Both the position numbers and the translations under genes were made by a program. Positions 25,536 through 39,112 of a DNA stretch of 64,000 nucleotides are shown piece by piece. Position 1 is the first letter of the stretch, and each line of letters begins with the position of its first letter. The notes beneath the pieces were generated by a model that was given only the letters and a program-made list of their open reading frames with translations, did no database searches and was not told the DNA's origin. The DNA is taken from the NCBI GenBank assembly GCA_050575255.1, contig JBNZDD010013701.1, positions 6,426,084 through 6,490,083 of the forward strand. Reading direction: 5' to 3'. Source of the stretch: Harriotta raleighana (taxonomy: Eukaryota).

Positions 25536-28500
25536 ATTCTAAAATCAATCTTTAGTATGATCATTTTAGTTTTGCTACCAGAAATTCAAAATCAAACTAT
25601 TTCATTGTTAACATCCGCTATGCATTAGTAAGAATTACGTTTTGCCTGCCAACTGCATTTTGAAATCTACAATAAAGCCATAAAATGGTTCTTTGTGGGC
25701 ATTGCCATCTTGTTATTTCAGCCACCTTGTAAACATTAAGATGAAGAAAGCTCCTCATGATTTTTGGAACCATCTACATTCATTATTTAAGTTGATTTAA
25801 TTTGGAAACAATTTGATTAGAAATCATTACAGTCATTACAGTTAGAATTCCAGACCACTTTGTTTTTGCGTAATTAAAATGATTGTCCATTGATACCTAA
25901 TAAGAGTGGTTTGAAATTAACAACTGGCCCATTAACCTTACACCATTAAGTAAAGGATCAGCAACAGCGGGAAACTGACTAGTCCAGTGAACCACTGAAA
26001 GCATTATAATGCCAGAGTGTTTACTGCACTCGGCTTCCCTTATATAGCAAGCTTTTTGTACAGAAATTTTACAAACCATCATTCAAAAAATTGCTTTGTA
26101 TACAAATACAGGAAGCATCTTTTTTTATTTCCATACTATTGTTAGACCAGCGTATTGCACATCATACCTTTTGTCAACTACTAGGCCTACTGCCCAACAG
26201 TTCTGTGGTTTCAACCCTAATTGAGGGTTATTGGCAGAATCAAATACAGATACTTCAGCCATATTGATTTGCCCTCATAAAAAAATACTGGATTCTGTCA
26301 ATGTCAATACCATTACAAAATCCTATCAGAATCAGATGCAGTATTAAGCAGTTCCACAACACTTTATGATTATTACTAACTACTTACAGATATGGAATCA
26401 AGCGGTTATGGAGTTGAAGACCCTAAACCTACAAGACAAAAAAAACCCACAACATATATATTCCACATCAAGTGCACATACATTAAGCCATATAGGCATA
26501 TATATTTCCCAGATCACTTACAGTGAAAAACATCTCCCTATAAACCTGTATGCATTGAAAACATGAATTAGTGTGACTATTTAATATGAAAGCATTTTAA
26601 TAAAAACAAATAAATACATTTTAAGCTGAAAATAAAGTTGATAACAGTATATCAATTTTATATCAAACTACAAACTGAAACATTTCTAAAAAAAACAGCG
26701 ATCAGTGAATATTTCTGCAGCAATGGCTGCCATTTACTTCAGCATAAAATGTTATAATACAATATTGCAGCTAAGTGCATAATAACTGCAATAATTTCCT
26801 GTATTTTTGCCAGCATAAGTGAAGCTGGTAAGCTACTTTTTCTGAACCAATTTAAACTTTCAATGGTAAAGGAAGAGATAGAACACACTTTTAGCTAATA
26901 AAGGTTAATTAGCTCTTGCTCCTTGCCATCATTTATCTTCATTTGAAAAACAATTGGTGTAGAAATATACCATTAAGTAGATTTACAAATTTACTCATAA
27001 TAAACAGAATTGCAGAATCATTGGTGTCATGTTGTTCACCCAAGCGGTTAATTAGTGATGCAGAAATAGTGATATTGAACCTTGAAATAGTTTGGAACAC
27101 CTGGCAATGAACAATCTTGTGAAAAAGATATCAATGCAAACAGGTAGGATAGATTAGGTTGGACAGGTGGAATGGATTAGAGCATAGTGCAGTGCTTCAG
27201 ACAAAATAAAGGCCCGGCAAGATGGGCAGGACTGTGCTAAATCATACAAATGCAAGACACAAGATTAGACCTGGTGGGCAAGGGTTCATTTTGTTGGGTG
27301 TTGTACAGGAAATGTACACTAGGAAGATAACATGGACTAAACCCAAGGTGGTTCAAGCAAGAGTGACTATAAAGAAGCTTGGCTATTGAGCAGATTTTTT
27401 TATTTTTAAATTCTCAGCAGAGAAGGGGTTTTGGAAAAACAAAAGGCAGATTAGCAGGACTAACTGTTAAAATCAATTAGTTCTCCTCATCAGATTTATT
27501 TTTATGTCCCTTGACCATCTCTTGTCTGGTTCAAACTTTTACATGTTCTATCTTTGTCACCCACCACTGCTAGCCCATCCCTCTTCTAATCCATAAACAT
27601 GCATTTCCAGCAGAGGGCACTGTATTGTTTACCAGTACAGTACATACAATACCAATTTCCCCTTCCCTCAATATCCACTCCTAGTTCCACCCAGCTAAGA
27701 ACAGTTAACTTTTCCAGTGTGTGTGGCTGAATAAAAAAATTGGGATTCCACGCCAGTTCTTCAGCATGTTGATTTCAAAGCATCTTACATATACTGTACT
27801 GTTAATGGCTTTCAGAACTTTGTCACTTTGAATAAATGAGCACTCTCATCAGTGCACTGGAGTGTCGTCCTAGTTTATTTATAAACCTCACACTGATTTG
27901 GAGACTTGCAACTCAACTTTTGGACTCAGAGGCAAGAGTGCTATCAAACTAAGCCAACTCCAGATTCATGCAACTGAAGCATCACAATAGTGACTAAGGT
28001 GGTTCAAATCAATAAATTTATAAACCATTCTGAAACACCGACTGCCCAGCGCCTTGGGACGTCCTCCCGACGTGAAAGGCAATATACAAATGTAATTTTG
28101 TTGCTGTTGTTGCATTGATTAGAATTGTTCCAGCTAAAGATAGACTCTATATCATTCTTCGTGCTAATGCCTGAAGTGCTGAGAATGATATTCAACTGGG
28201 TAGCAGGTAAGCTAAACAAAAAAAACATGTTATCCACTAATCAGTTGTTAAATGTACAATCTACTTTCAAGTATAATGGCATCAAGACCGTTGCTGAGTT
28301 AAGGGTGGGAAAGAAAGGACTCAAGCCTCTGGCACATAAAGGTACATTCTAATTACCAATTTAAACATATTAGATACCAATGTGACTGAAGCAACATTTT
28401 GGATTTAGCAGCAAATCTACCAAGAGTCAAGGCATTTCTATCTCCCTTGGTTTAAAAATGAGGGGAAACCAGGATACACCCACCTTCATCTATATTCCAA

Positions 28501-28989
28501 ACCTCCCATCTTGTCTGATTGCCCTTCACTAAGTTCTGACCCTTCCTCCTCTTGATCAGTCTACAATCACCAAACGAGAAGCAATCCCATCTAACACTTT
28601 ATACAAATACCCAGTTAGCTTCCATATATTTGAGTGTGGTATGCCAGACTGACTCATCCAGGGCAATGTGTAAGCTTTGTAAATGGTGTTCCATTTTTGA
28701 TGTTGGAGTTCAGGAGCTCGGTTGATGATCACAAATTTCCCCGACGTGGACAACACTGGGATGTATGTTAATGCAATGGGTAAGAGTCTCACCAACAATT
28801 TTTACATGCAATTCCACTTCCCCACTGGGGGGGTATTAACCACGAGGTGTACCACATGACCCAGTAACATACTTCTGTTATCTCTTTATGTACATTTCCA
28901 AGACCGGAAACAAAAACAATTCTACACCAACAAAAAAAAACGAAGCGCTCAGAAAAAATATCCTAACCTTCCCCCACCCAATAAAAATC

Positions 28990-29842
28990 CGCAGGCTGTC
29001 AAACCTCAATGTCGAGACGCTCTTTTTCAAGCCTCACTTCTAAATAACCGCAGTAAAATATATCTTCCTCTCTCCCCTCCCTCCCTCCCTCCCCCTCTCT
29101 CCTCTCCCTCCCTCCCTCCCCCTCTCTCCTTTTCAGCCCCTTAACTGCTCATGTTGCCTGTCCGGCTGGCTTGTCATCTCGTGGGGCTGTCTCTTCGCTT
29201 TAAAAATAAAAGATCTGCTCAAACAGCGACACCGTTGTTTTGAGTATTAACCTCGGCGCACAACTGTCGCATTCCTCCTCAGTGATAGCATGCGACCCGA
29301 TATATAGGGAGGGGGAGGCAGCCAGGTCGCTGTCCTTTTTAATCTCCGCCCAATCTCCCTCTCCCCCACCCCCCTCCCCTCCCGAATCGCAGACGCTCGG
29401 GGCTTTTTTTTTCTCTCTCTCTCGTCTCTTCATTAATAAAACACTCGCCCATTGTAACCCAACGCCCCGCACAAAACAGGGCCCTCGGCCGAAAAGCCCT
29501 CACATATCAGAAATGTTATTTATATTAATTTGGGCGATTTTTTTTTCGGGGGGGAATAACACGATACAGGACCCGAAGGTATCCCCCTCCCATAATATAT
29601 ATTTACTGTGTGTGTATATATATATATATAAATGTAAATGAAAACACACACGGGGGAGGGTGGGAGTGGGAGCAGGCCTGAGCCATTGCACAGCCCAATA
29701 TCGAGGAGGAGGAGGAGGGCGTGAAGGCTCGAGCCCCGAGTTGCTGGGTGATGGTTGTGGAGAGGGAGGGAGCGGGGTTTTTTGGGGGAGGGGGGTTAGA
29801 TCACCCTCTCTCCTCCAAAATGACTGTGATAAGAGGTGGCTN

Positions 29843-29887
<45 letters not shown>

Positions 29888-30720
29888 CTCGGTCCGGAAG
29901 GGGGAATGAGGGAGAACCCAAACCAAGATCGGATATATTTTTCTCTAGAATATAAACGAAAACAACGAGGAAAATAAATACACAAACGGCCTTCGCGGCC
30001 CCAATGTGTGTGTGTGTGTGTGTGCGTGTCTCTCTCTTTTCACCTTCCCCATCTCTCTTCCTTTTTCTCACCCTCCCCTCGGTCTCTCTCTCTCTCACAC
30101 GCACACACACACACTCCTCTGCACCCCCACCCCACCCTCCGCCCCCCCAGGATTGCCGCACCACGCCACACCACCTCGCCGGTATCACCCGGTGCCTTTA
30201 ACCGCGCCGTTAAACCACGGAATTGTACTGACCTGTTGCCCGCGGTAACGGCAGAGGCTGCATGATGGCGGTTGTGAAGCTAGGTGTGTGACGTCACCGG
30301 AACTTTCAGCCGATCCGTCCTGTGCGCCCCCTCCCCCCTTTCCCCGCTCTCTCTCTCTCTCGCTGCTGGTCCTAATGTCGCTTATATTTTTTTCCCCCAA
30401 AAAAATTGTTGGGCAAAAAAACCCCCCAAAGAAATAAAAGGCGACGGCAGCGGAGTTCTATTCGTTAGGGAGCGAGAGGGCAAACAGAGGAGAGCGGTAG
30501 GCGCGCGACTGGACCAATAACGGACGCCTTTAATGCTCAGCCAATGATATCACCGCAGGCCGCTCAGCAGATGGAGGGGGGGGCGGGCTCGCGGACCGCC
30601 GGCTGCCTGACGTCAGAATGCGCGCGCGCGTGATTGTGTCCGTTTTGGGTGTTGACGTCACACAGGGGGCACGTCCTGGGGGGCAAAGTGGGAGGGGGGC
30701 GCGGCTGAGTGAGTCAGACA
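28990..30720. promoter_or_regulatory. CpG island, probable bidirectional promoter
   Basis: Only extended CpG- and GC-rich non-repeat stretch in the window. Perfect CRE palindromes TGACGTCA at 30289, 30608 and 30653; CCAAT at 30514 and 30541; GGGGCGGG near 30580; (GC)n NRF1-like tract near 30619-30632. Lies between two divergent genes. Confidence 0.8.
30233..30330 (-). other. Candidate first exon of a minus-strand transcript (5' end approximate)
   Basis: Minus strand reads ...ttccggtgacgtca...ccgccatcATGcag...gcaacag|gtcagt, a YY1-like CCGCCAT followed by a CAG|GT donor at 30232. Confidence 0.4.
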
Positions 30721-30723
30721 CAC

Positions 30724-31060
30724 AAACAACAACAACAATTAACATCTGTGTAAGGGTCTTTCACGGTGGGAGAACGTCCCAAGGCGCTGTATAGTCAGTA
30801 TTCCGGACCAGCGTATTGGGGGTCGGGATTGGGACGGGTGGAGAGTGCGGTGCAGGGGGGAGGTTGGTTCAATCGAAAGCACGGTCGAAGGGTCAGGGTC
30901 TTGAGATGGGTCTTGAAGGCGACGAGGGAGGGGGTGACCCGGAGGAGGGACTGTGGGATGGAGTTCGGGTGGCTGGGGGGCAGAGAGGCTGAGGGTCTGC
31001 CCGCCAATGGTGGGACGGGAGAGGTGGGGGACGTGAAGTGGGCCGGAGCCCGCTGAGAGG
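30724..31060 (-). mobile_element. L2 LINE 3' fragment abutting the CpG island
   Basis: NSIPQSLLRVTPSLVAFKTHLKT peptide; (aac)n tail; CpGs retained. Confidence 0.85.
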
Positions 31061-32304
31061 AGGGGATGGGGGGGGGACGGGGACGGGGGCGGGGCTGGAT
31101 ACGATGTAGAGATACTATGTATTTAGATACTATGTCTCCAAATACATATATTGTGTCCCCGTGCAAGATCACCAGATTGGTCTGGATGAAGAAGGTCACA
31201 CTTCATCTCTTTGAGCTCATCCCTTCTGAACACCCACCCTGATATGGTTTTTAAATGAGTCTGGTGTCCTGGCCTTTTCTGGCAACCTGTTCCAGTCATT
31301 GACTGTAAACAAATACACCCTGATATCAGTCCTGAAATTGCTTTTTACAACTCTAAACCCGTGGCTTTCTTCAACGTTCCTCCTGCACCATCCCCCACCT
31401 CAACCATCAAAAACAAATTAGGGAAGTTAGAATATTTTCAGGGCAAGACAGGAATGACAGAGTTAAAGAATACTACTGGCAGAATCAAACGCATATATTC
31501 TACATTTGTGAGCAATGATTAAGTACAACAGTTTTACAGGACAATACAGTCTTTTATGTGGAATTTTACCAAATATCTTCTGAAGTAACATATACTCAAC
31601 CTCAGCTACATTCTCTATATTGTTACTCTCAGACCTCATTAAAAAAAAACTAAATATTTCCTTCTGTTTATAATTCATGCTGATATTCCTGCATCAATCC
31701 CTGCTTTTCAATGTTCAGATTTTCCATCCCCTTTTACAGTCTGCAAATGTACTCACAAGCGAATAGGCCTCTAATTCCCTGATATTTTCTCTTTTCTGAT
31801 CAGGCTGCAGCATTTGCCACCTTCCAATCTTTTGGCAAAATTCCCATTTCCAAAGATCTTTTGAAAATCAGGGCCATTGCATCCTCCCACAGACTGCTTC
31901 AATATTGTGGAATGCATACCATCTGGTGCTAGTGACTTCTCTACTTGTAAGTTGATATAAAGTTTTAAATGCTATTTTCCAATTAATATTTAGTTTCGGC
32001 AGAACACGCTTTCACATCTTCATCTGGTACTCCTACAATCCCACTTTCATTTTTTTCTGTAAAAAAAGAAACATAGTACTTCTTAAGCATATCTGTCATT
32101 CCTTCGTTCTCAGTAAAAGATTACTTCCATAAATAGATCCACCCTTTTTTGATTGTCCTTTTTTGTGTGCTTCTGAAAAGCCTTTGCCAATGCTCATTAT
32201 GGTAACTTAGAATTTGTTTTACTTCCTTTAGCCTTCCACATCTCACTTTTTTCTTTGGTTAATATGTTTCATACTTTTTTCCATATTAATGACTCTGTAT
32301 TCAT

Positions 32305-32472
32305 CAATAAAATTGGTCATTTCAATTCACTACTATTTGTGGGACACTGCTGTGCAATTGGATGCCGCATTTTGACGACAAATATACAGTCAATTCACTT
32401 TACAGTATGTTTTGTGAAGGTTCAGAAGACGTGAAAATCCCTATATCAAATGCAAGGATTCTTATATTTATT
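32305..32472 (+). mobile_element. SINE family A, 3' half
   Basis: gggacactgctgtgcaattgg...aaatgcaaggatt tail. Confidence 0.8.
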
Positions 32473-33654
32473 ATTATCAAACAGAATACGGTCCTAATTG
32501 TCATATTTGCCCTAATCTACCCATATAGCCATGAATACTGTGATTCACCCCTCTTCTTATTTAGGATGAATGCAATGATTATTATCATTTAACCAGTACT
32601 CTAAACATCTCACATTTAACTATTTTCCACTTAATTTGCTAATTTCTCCAAACAATTTATATGAATTAGATTTTCCTTAAACTCTCAGAAATTGACTTTT
32701 TCAAGTTCAACATGTTAATTCATTTTCCCTTCTCTATTTTCAATGTGAACCTAATTAGGTTACTGTCATTATTTGCCAAAATCTCCTACTTTTACTTTAC
32801 TTTTTGCCCCAGTTCTTTACCTAAAACCAGATCTGGTTCTATTGTTGGATTTATAATATATGGATTAAAGAAACACTTCTCATAAACAAAAACAGAAATA
32901 CTGTAGCTGGGAACACTCAGCAGGTCAGGCTAACAGTTATTAACAGACTAACAGTTCTCATATTTGGCCAATGCATTTGCCATATTCCAGCCTGATATGT
33001 TTAAAGTTTCTAACTACAGTTTTTATCTTATTTTATTATCCACTATTCATTATTACAACTATATTATCACTGCAAATTCTAAAATGCCTTCAAATCATGT
33101 CTCCTCACACTTTGCTCTAAACATACTCTTAGTGTTTTTAACCACTTCCTCTTTTTGTTTCACTGTTTCTAAGTATCAGGGAGAGGATGGTTCGTGGTGG
33201 TAACTTTGAACTTGAGGAAAACCAGCTGTACTCATGTTTTTTACCCCTATTCATCTTGAACATCCAGAAATTTCGACATTATGCAGGGCTTTATATCAAC
33301 AATTGAACTGAAAACCAAAACTTGAGAACTCTAAATCAATAACATTTTGTGAACCATTTTTTAACCTTATATTTAGTAATAAGTTTTGCTCAGTGCCTAA
33401 TTCTTGCTCCATAATAATAAGTTATTCTTAGTTTACTCTCTTTGTTGACTCCATTGCCTCTTATGATCAGTTTGTCTCTAGCTAAGCTCCTCGTTTTCAA
33501 TACTTTGAGATAAAAGCAAGATTCACCTTGTCCCTCTACCAATTTTAACCAGTTTGGAGTTATATTTTTTAAATAAATGTTTGGAAGAATTATAATACTG
33601 CGGTAAGATTGTTTTGCTGATAATGCAAAGTCATATATTTTTATGAGGTGTAAA

Positions 33655-33850
33655 ACAACAACAGCAGATTGCATTTATTTAGCGCCTTTCATGTCGGGAG
33701 GTCGCCCAAGCTTAGTGTGGGAGAGGGCACAAACTGTAGAGTTCCGAATAATCTGCAGTTTGTGGAGAGAAACGTTGGCATAGTCAACTCTGGATGTAAT
33801 GAAAGCATGGATGAGGGAGGGTTTCATCAGCCTGAGAGGAGAGATTATTG
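33655..33850 (-). mobile_element. L2 fragment with internal deletion
   Basis: LIHAFITSRVDYAN...LHKLQIIRNS joined directly to the L2 tail. Confidence 0.75.
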
Positions 33851-34381
33851 CAGAGGGAGGCAAGTTGGAACTGGTAATGGCACAAGAAGAATCTTGCCCC
33901 CAGTGACTTGCCCCCATGCCCTTCCAAGTCCTGCCAAAGCTAACTAGAGTAACTTTAGATTGTTATAATCTCTTCTATAGAGTCCATTTACTTTAAAATC
34001 AGTTGGGATAAAACTCTCAATGTTTGTTGGTTACACATTTTGGATCATATTGTATATGAGAGCAAAGTCCCTTGTGAGAAATTGTAATGTGCATGAGTTT
34101 ACTGATAATCTGTTTCGTCTCTCTTATACCCATCCTTCTTGGAGGAGTGTTCAGTAGGGTCAACCTGGGGCCAAGCTGGATCCAAAGTGATTTGCTGGGC
34201 AACAAATTCTTGAAACTGCGTCACTCCTCTGTGGCGGCTTTGGTAATTTAGGTTACTGTAGTTAGTAGAAAAAGAAAATGATTTGCTAGCATTGAATTGA
34301 TTCCAACTGCAGTTCCACTGATACAGGTACCAATTGTTGACCTGAACATCATGATTAATTTGCTTCCTATCCACCAACTAT

Positions 34382-34696
34382 GGAGTTCCTGTAGCTCAGT
34401 GCTTAGAGCACTCGCCTTACAAGTGTGAGACCTGTGATTAAATCCAGGCAGATTGGGGCGAAACCTTGGGCAAATTTCCTTACTCCACACGCCCAGTAAT
34501 AATCCCTCCAAAAAAACCACAACAATAATAAAATTGGTCATTTCAGTCCACGACTGTTTTTGGGACACTGCTGTGCGCAATTGGCTGCCACATTTCACCC
34601 ACAAATATTCAGTCAATTCACTTTACAATATATTCTGTGAAGAGCTTTGAGATATCAGTAAGCTGTGAAAAATGCTATATCAAATGCAAGGATTAT
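34382..34696 (+). mobile_element. SINE family A, full length
   Basis: ggagttcctgtagctcagtg head, body, and tail aaatgcaaggattat. Confidence 0.9.
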
Positions 34697-36764
34697 CAAT
34701 ATTAACCAATACTTTCCAAATTTAGTTTTCATCCTTTTCTAATACTAATCCAATCAACTCTTCTCTTTTTGGCAATTTTGACATTTCTCTCCTCTTCTCT
34801 ACTGACCCCATTCCATCCCTCTCTTTGTATTTATTCCACTCATCTTTGTAGCTCCATTGATCTTCTCTGATCCATGCATCACTGCGTGAGGTCTATTCAT
34901 GGACAGCAGGATACTGGTGTTCAGTTTCTTTTTCATTAGCATTGTAAGTTATTCACAAGGCCTAGCATGAGCTGATCCTTCCATCTTATCAGAACAGAAA
35001 CAGCACCACGGAAACAGCTTTCAGCCTTACCTGGTCCCCCTCCCCCATCCCATTCCTTCTTGTAGAATGCTCCACTTCAAAAACAACAAAAAATTGTATT
35101 TGTATAGCATCTTTCATGTCAGGGGGATGTCTCAAAGCTTTGGTCCCACTATGCTTCAACCAATTGAAGCACAGTGGGTGAACAAGGATTGTGATTTAAT
35201 TGAATGACTGCTGCTGAACTGCGCGATTACCCAGATTCGGCCTTAGAATAATTGCTGACTGCCAGCATCTGCATGATACAGATAAAAGCTTTATCTTTAA
35301 TTGCAGATGCAGACTATAGTCGGACCACATTTTGCCACTTGGAAACCTGACCCACAACAAATGCCGCTGAACTTTACATGTATTTGTGTGTGTGTGTTTG
35401 TGTATGTGTGTTGGGGAGGAGTGGGGGAGATAGAGAGGGAGAAGTTTTAGATGCAAATGTTAGAGGAGCATTTGCTGTTACATTATGTTTGGCCATATTA
35501 TTTCCAGTTGCACTGTGCCATCATTAACACACGTCATTAATCCTTCAATATGAATGTGTCATTCAGTAAAGAGCATGCACTGTGCTGGCAGTCAACACTG
35601 TTGAGCCAAATGCAGTGACAACCGCTGTTGGGCCAAAAGTAGAATTCAAATCAAATGAAACCAAGCCATGATGATAGTAGTTTATTTATTATTAAAGTAA
35701 TAACTAGAATGGAAATGTTTACAATGTATTGACCTAATTCTGGGGTTTAAATGATTTTCAAGGAATACTTTCTAATTTTCACTTAAATCCTCTTGTGTGT
35801 CCCCCACCCACACACCTCAGATTTGATTGCTGTTTTGGAAACATTCCCAATTATCTGCTATTCTCAACAGATCTGGTGTCATGGCCAGTAACTGAAGGAG
35901 TTATCAAAGGGGTTTGGCCTTGAAAACGAATGAATCACAAAAGCACCAAGCTTCGAGCATTGCAGTTGCATTTATCTGCTGTTTAATATTATTCTATGAC
36001 TTTTCAAAAAGTTTTCAGGAGCAAAAATGGCTAGTTTATTATCTTCCAGACAGAAACAGAGTCATTGAGAACTTTTTTTTGATTGGCCAGGTGTCTGCAA
36101 CATGCAGATATCCATTTCCATGCTTAAGACAATCTTTCTGTGGCAAACCAAACTTAACAGTTGCGTACATCCCGCCTCTATATGGAAATTCATGCGTTTG
36201 CAGTGGAATGTGCTCTCTCTCTCCCTGTAGGAATACACTCTGCTAAAATAATTCCAGAGAGTATTAGGCGGAGATTTTCGAGAACCAATGTTTTAGGGTA
36301 ACATAATGTGTGCTGGGGTTCTGCAGGAGTTTAACCAGCTAAAATTACGTAACTTGTCTTTGAAAACAATGCTTGTCCATTTAGGACCATCTTGCCGACC
36401 AGGGCTTTGGCCTTCACAGTTATCAGGATGAATCCCTTTCCTAAGATTTCCTATGGGAATCCCATTCCTTGATGAATCCCACCAAGTCCAGATGATGAGC
36501 CGGGTTTGCTGGGCTCTCATCAGCAATGCCCTGGAGTATGGTGGAATACAGATTGGCTCGGCAACCGGACTACCTACATCACTTCAGAGGATTGATTTGA
36601 TTCCAATATTCTGTTGCCAAGCAAGTCACCTTGGAGCCAGTTCAGCTCCAAGGAGACCCTCCGTTATCTCTCCAGGGAGGACAGCCACTAGACCCTGTAC
36701 ATTTCCCTTAGTTATTTTCCAGTGTTACTTTGAAACTATAATCCTGTTTTGCTTTACTCGTTAT

Positions 36765-37040
36765 TTTATAGGAAAAGGAGGCCATTTAACCCATTAAGCA
36801 TGTTCCAACAGTTTATTAGATCTGGTCAGAGCTTTTACTCCTGATGTTCCACCTTTTTGACTTTCCCCTCAATATTTCTAAAACCCAAGCATCCGTATGT
36901 TTGTCTTTTAAATATCCTATTGATGCCTTCTCTGCAGTTTTCTGTGGCACAGCATTCCACATAGTCTTCATAGTCTGTGTGAAGAGATTCTTCCTGACCT
37001 CAATTCTAACTGTCTTAGTTTTGATTTTAAGGCTAAGCTT
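36765..37040 (-). mobile_element. CR1 3' fragment
   Basis: VRKNLFTQTMKTMWNAVPQK peptide. Confidence 0.75.
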
Positions 37041-37205
37041 CCTTGTAATGTAAAGAACACTTAATAGCTGCGTAAATCTGAATATAAATTCACACAGCAA
37101 ATAGAAATGTTCCTTTTTTCCCCCCCAGAGCATGTTCTATACAAATAGCATGTTTTAAGTTTTCCTTTTTGTCATTAGTTGCTTTATTCTTAACTCCACA
37201 TATAG

Positions 37206-37644
37206 ATTTCTGTGGAAATGTCTTGGAAGACCAGAGAAGAAACGCAATTTAAAACAGCTATTGGGCAAAGTCATGTTGTCAGGTGTATCAAGTCCCACAT
37301 TCAACCAAATAGAAAAAACAGCACTGTTCCATTCATCAGAACAAGCAAAAGTTTGGATACCATCTGGGAATCCAGGACTCAGCAAAGTGACTGCAGTGAT
37401 GAAAAGACTTACAACAAGGCAGAGCATATCTTCCCGTGGGCAAAAGCACCTTTTACGAAACAGGAGAGTTTTTATGATCAGCACAGAGAAGAAAGTCTTT
37501 TTCCATCTGACGAACAAGATTTACTCAGTGTAGAGAGTTGCCCGCCACTGTTATGTGACACGGATAGCTTTTCAGAATGTCTGGTGCTGGACAAGTACGA
37601 AACTCAACTCAGCACTGATTTCCCTGAGATGGAAGAGAGAGAAA
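37206..37644 (+). CDS. Uncharacterised coiled-coil protein, exon A (probable ATG at 37218)
   Basis: 439 nt open after acceptor ccacatatag: ISVEMSWKTREETQF...SCPPLLCDTDSF...PEMEERE. Donor A|gtaaga, phase 1, matches the next exon. Confidence 0.7.
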
Positions 37645-38248
37645 GTAAGAACCTCCCCACCCAGCACATACACACACAAAGTAATAACCTTACATTTGAT
37701 ATAACGCCTTTCACGTTAGGAAGATGCCTTACAGCACTTCATGGGATATACAGTATTCTATAAAATGTAATTACTGTATTTTTTAGGTGGATGCAGCAGA
37801 CAATTTGTGCACAGTGATGTCCCATAAATGGCCATGAAATTAATGACCAATATTTTAAACAAAATTTTGTTGTGTGAAATATGTTATATCTCTGGTAAAT
37901 AATGTGCTAAAGCAAACCTGAAGGATAGAATGTGTAGGACCACACTGGTTTTGCAGAGTTTGGTTATTAATATAGGAAGGGAGGGCAAGGGGAATCATTT
38001 CTCCAATAGGTGGATGAAGTCATTGGGAGAGGGAATGAAATATAAATTCTCAATTTGACTTTTTCATTTTCATAGCATGCCAGTTAATGTGGTTGATTGA
38101 CATTGTGTTCCTAGATAAACAGAAGCTTCAAGCAAGAGAAATTTCAGGAACTTTCAAGCAGCAGAAATTAGACTCTGTCAATCAGTGTTCTTGATGCCTT
38201 ATAGCCCATTAAAGCACATAACCTATTTATGTTACTTTGATCTTATTA

Positions 38249-38596
38249 CAGTAAAATCCCGTTTATCTGACATGCTAATTGACTGCGCCGGATAATCGGG
38301 CAGCAAGTTGCCGAAACCCCAACATAAAAAATTAACTTATTTTAAAACATACCATGTTAATAATAGACTAAATAGTAACAGAATATTGTATGGATACTTA
38401 CCAATAAAGCATTCCAGCACAGTTGGGAAAAAGATTGGTAAAAACCCAAGTTCGTAAGTTTAATAAGTGCACATGTGCACGCATTGTACTCATGCACAAA
38501 ATGAGCAAACTCACGATTGCTGGGATGGGGAATTGCCCCAGGAGGGGGGTCGAGCAATCCGATTGATCAGATCACGGATAAACAGGGTTTTTCTCT
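38249..38596. mobile_element. MITE family B
   Basis: TA|cagtaaaatcccgtttatc ... ggataaacagggttttt. Interior is the reverse complement of segments at 5890-5940 and 62530-62620. Confidence 0.8.
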
Positions 38597-38689
38597 ATTA
38601 GCAGGATGTCATTCTGTTATGATGTCTATAAGCGCTGTTAATACTGCTGTTAAGCGCTCCAAGACCTACTCAGTTGAAGGGCATTAGCA

Positions 38690-39021
38690 ACCTGCCCCCC
38701 CCCACTCCGCTCAGCAGGCCTGCTCCACATCCCCTGACCCATCCGCTCCACCCTCGGCGGACGGGCCTTCAACCACTCTGCCCCCAACTTGTGGAACTCC
38801 AGCCCGCAGTCCCTCCACCTCGCCCCCTCCTTGCCTCCTTCAAGTCCCGCCTCAAGACCCTACTCTTTGACATTCTCATTGATCACCCCAAATCCTTTCC
38901 CCCTTTCTCTCCACCCTCCCTGTCCCCTACTCCAGCTCAGGTCTGAAACAATGAGTGTCCAGTGCCTTGGGATGTTCTCCTGACGTGAAAGGCACTATGC
39001 AAGTATAATTTTGTTGTTGTT
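38690..39021 (+). mobile_element. L2 LINE 3' fragment
   Basis: ASFKSRLKTLLF-coding end and gtgaaaggcactat...ttgttgttg tail. Confidence 0.85.
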
Positions 39022-39112
39022 ATATAACTATGAGTTGTTGTTGTGTCATTTCATGACAATCCATCTTTGGTCTTCAACGCAGTGAGTTATCTCCACTAAG
39101 ATGTCTGTGTAC

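Noticed and set aside
29200-30745. Many overlapping Pro/Gly/Ser-rich ORFs
   Set aside because: Expected in a GC-rich, simple-repeat CpG island; no recognisable domain.
34382-34460. tRNA-like sequences with A and B boxes (also near 6300, 46810, 53100, 63510)
   Set aside because: SINE heads continuous with SINE bodies; degenerate stems, not tRNA genes.
35871-36246. Acceptor at 35870 as an upstream coding exon
   Set aside because: All three frames stop within about 55 nt; at most a UTR exon, with no clear donor.
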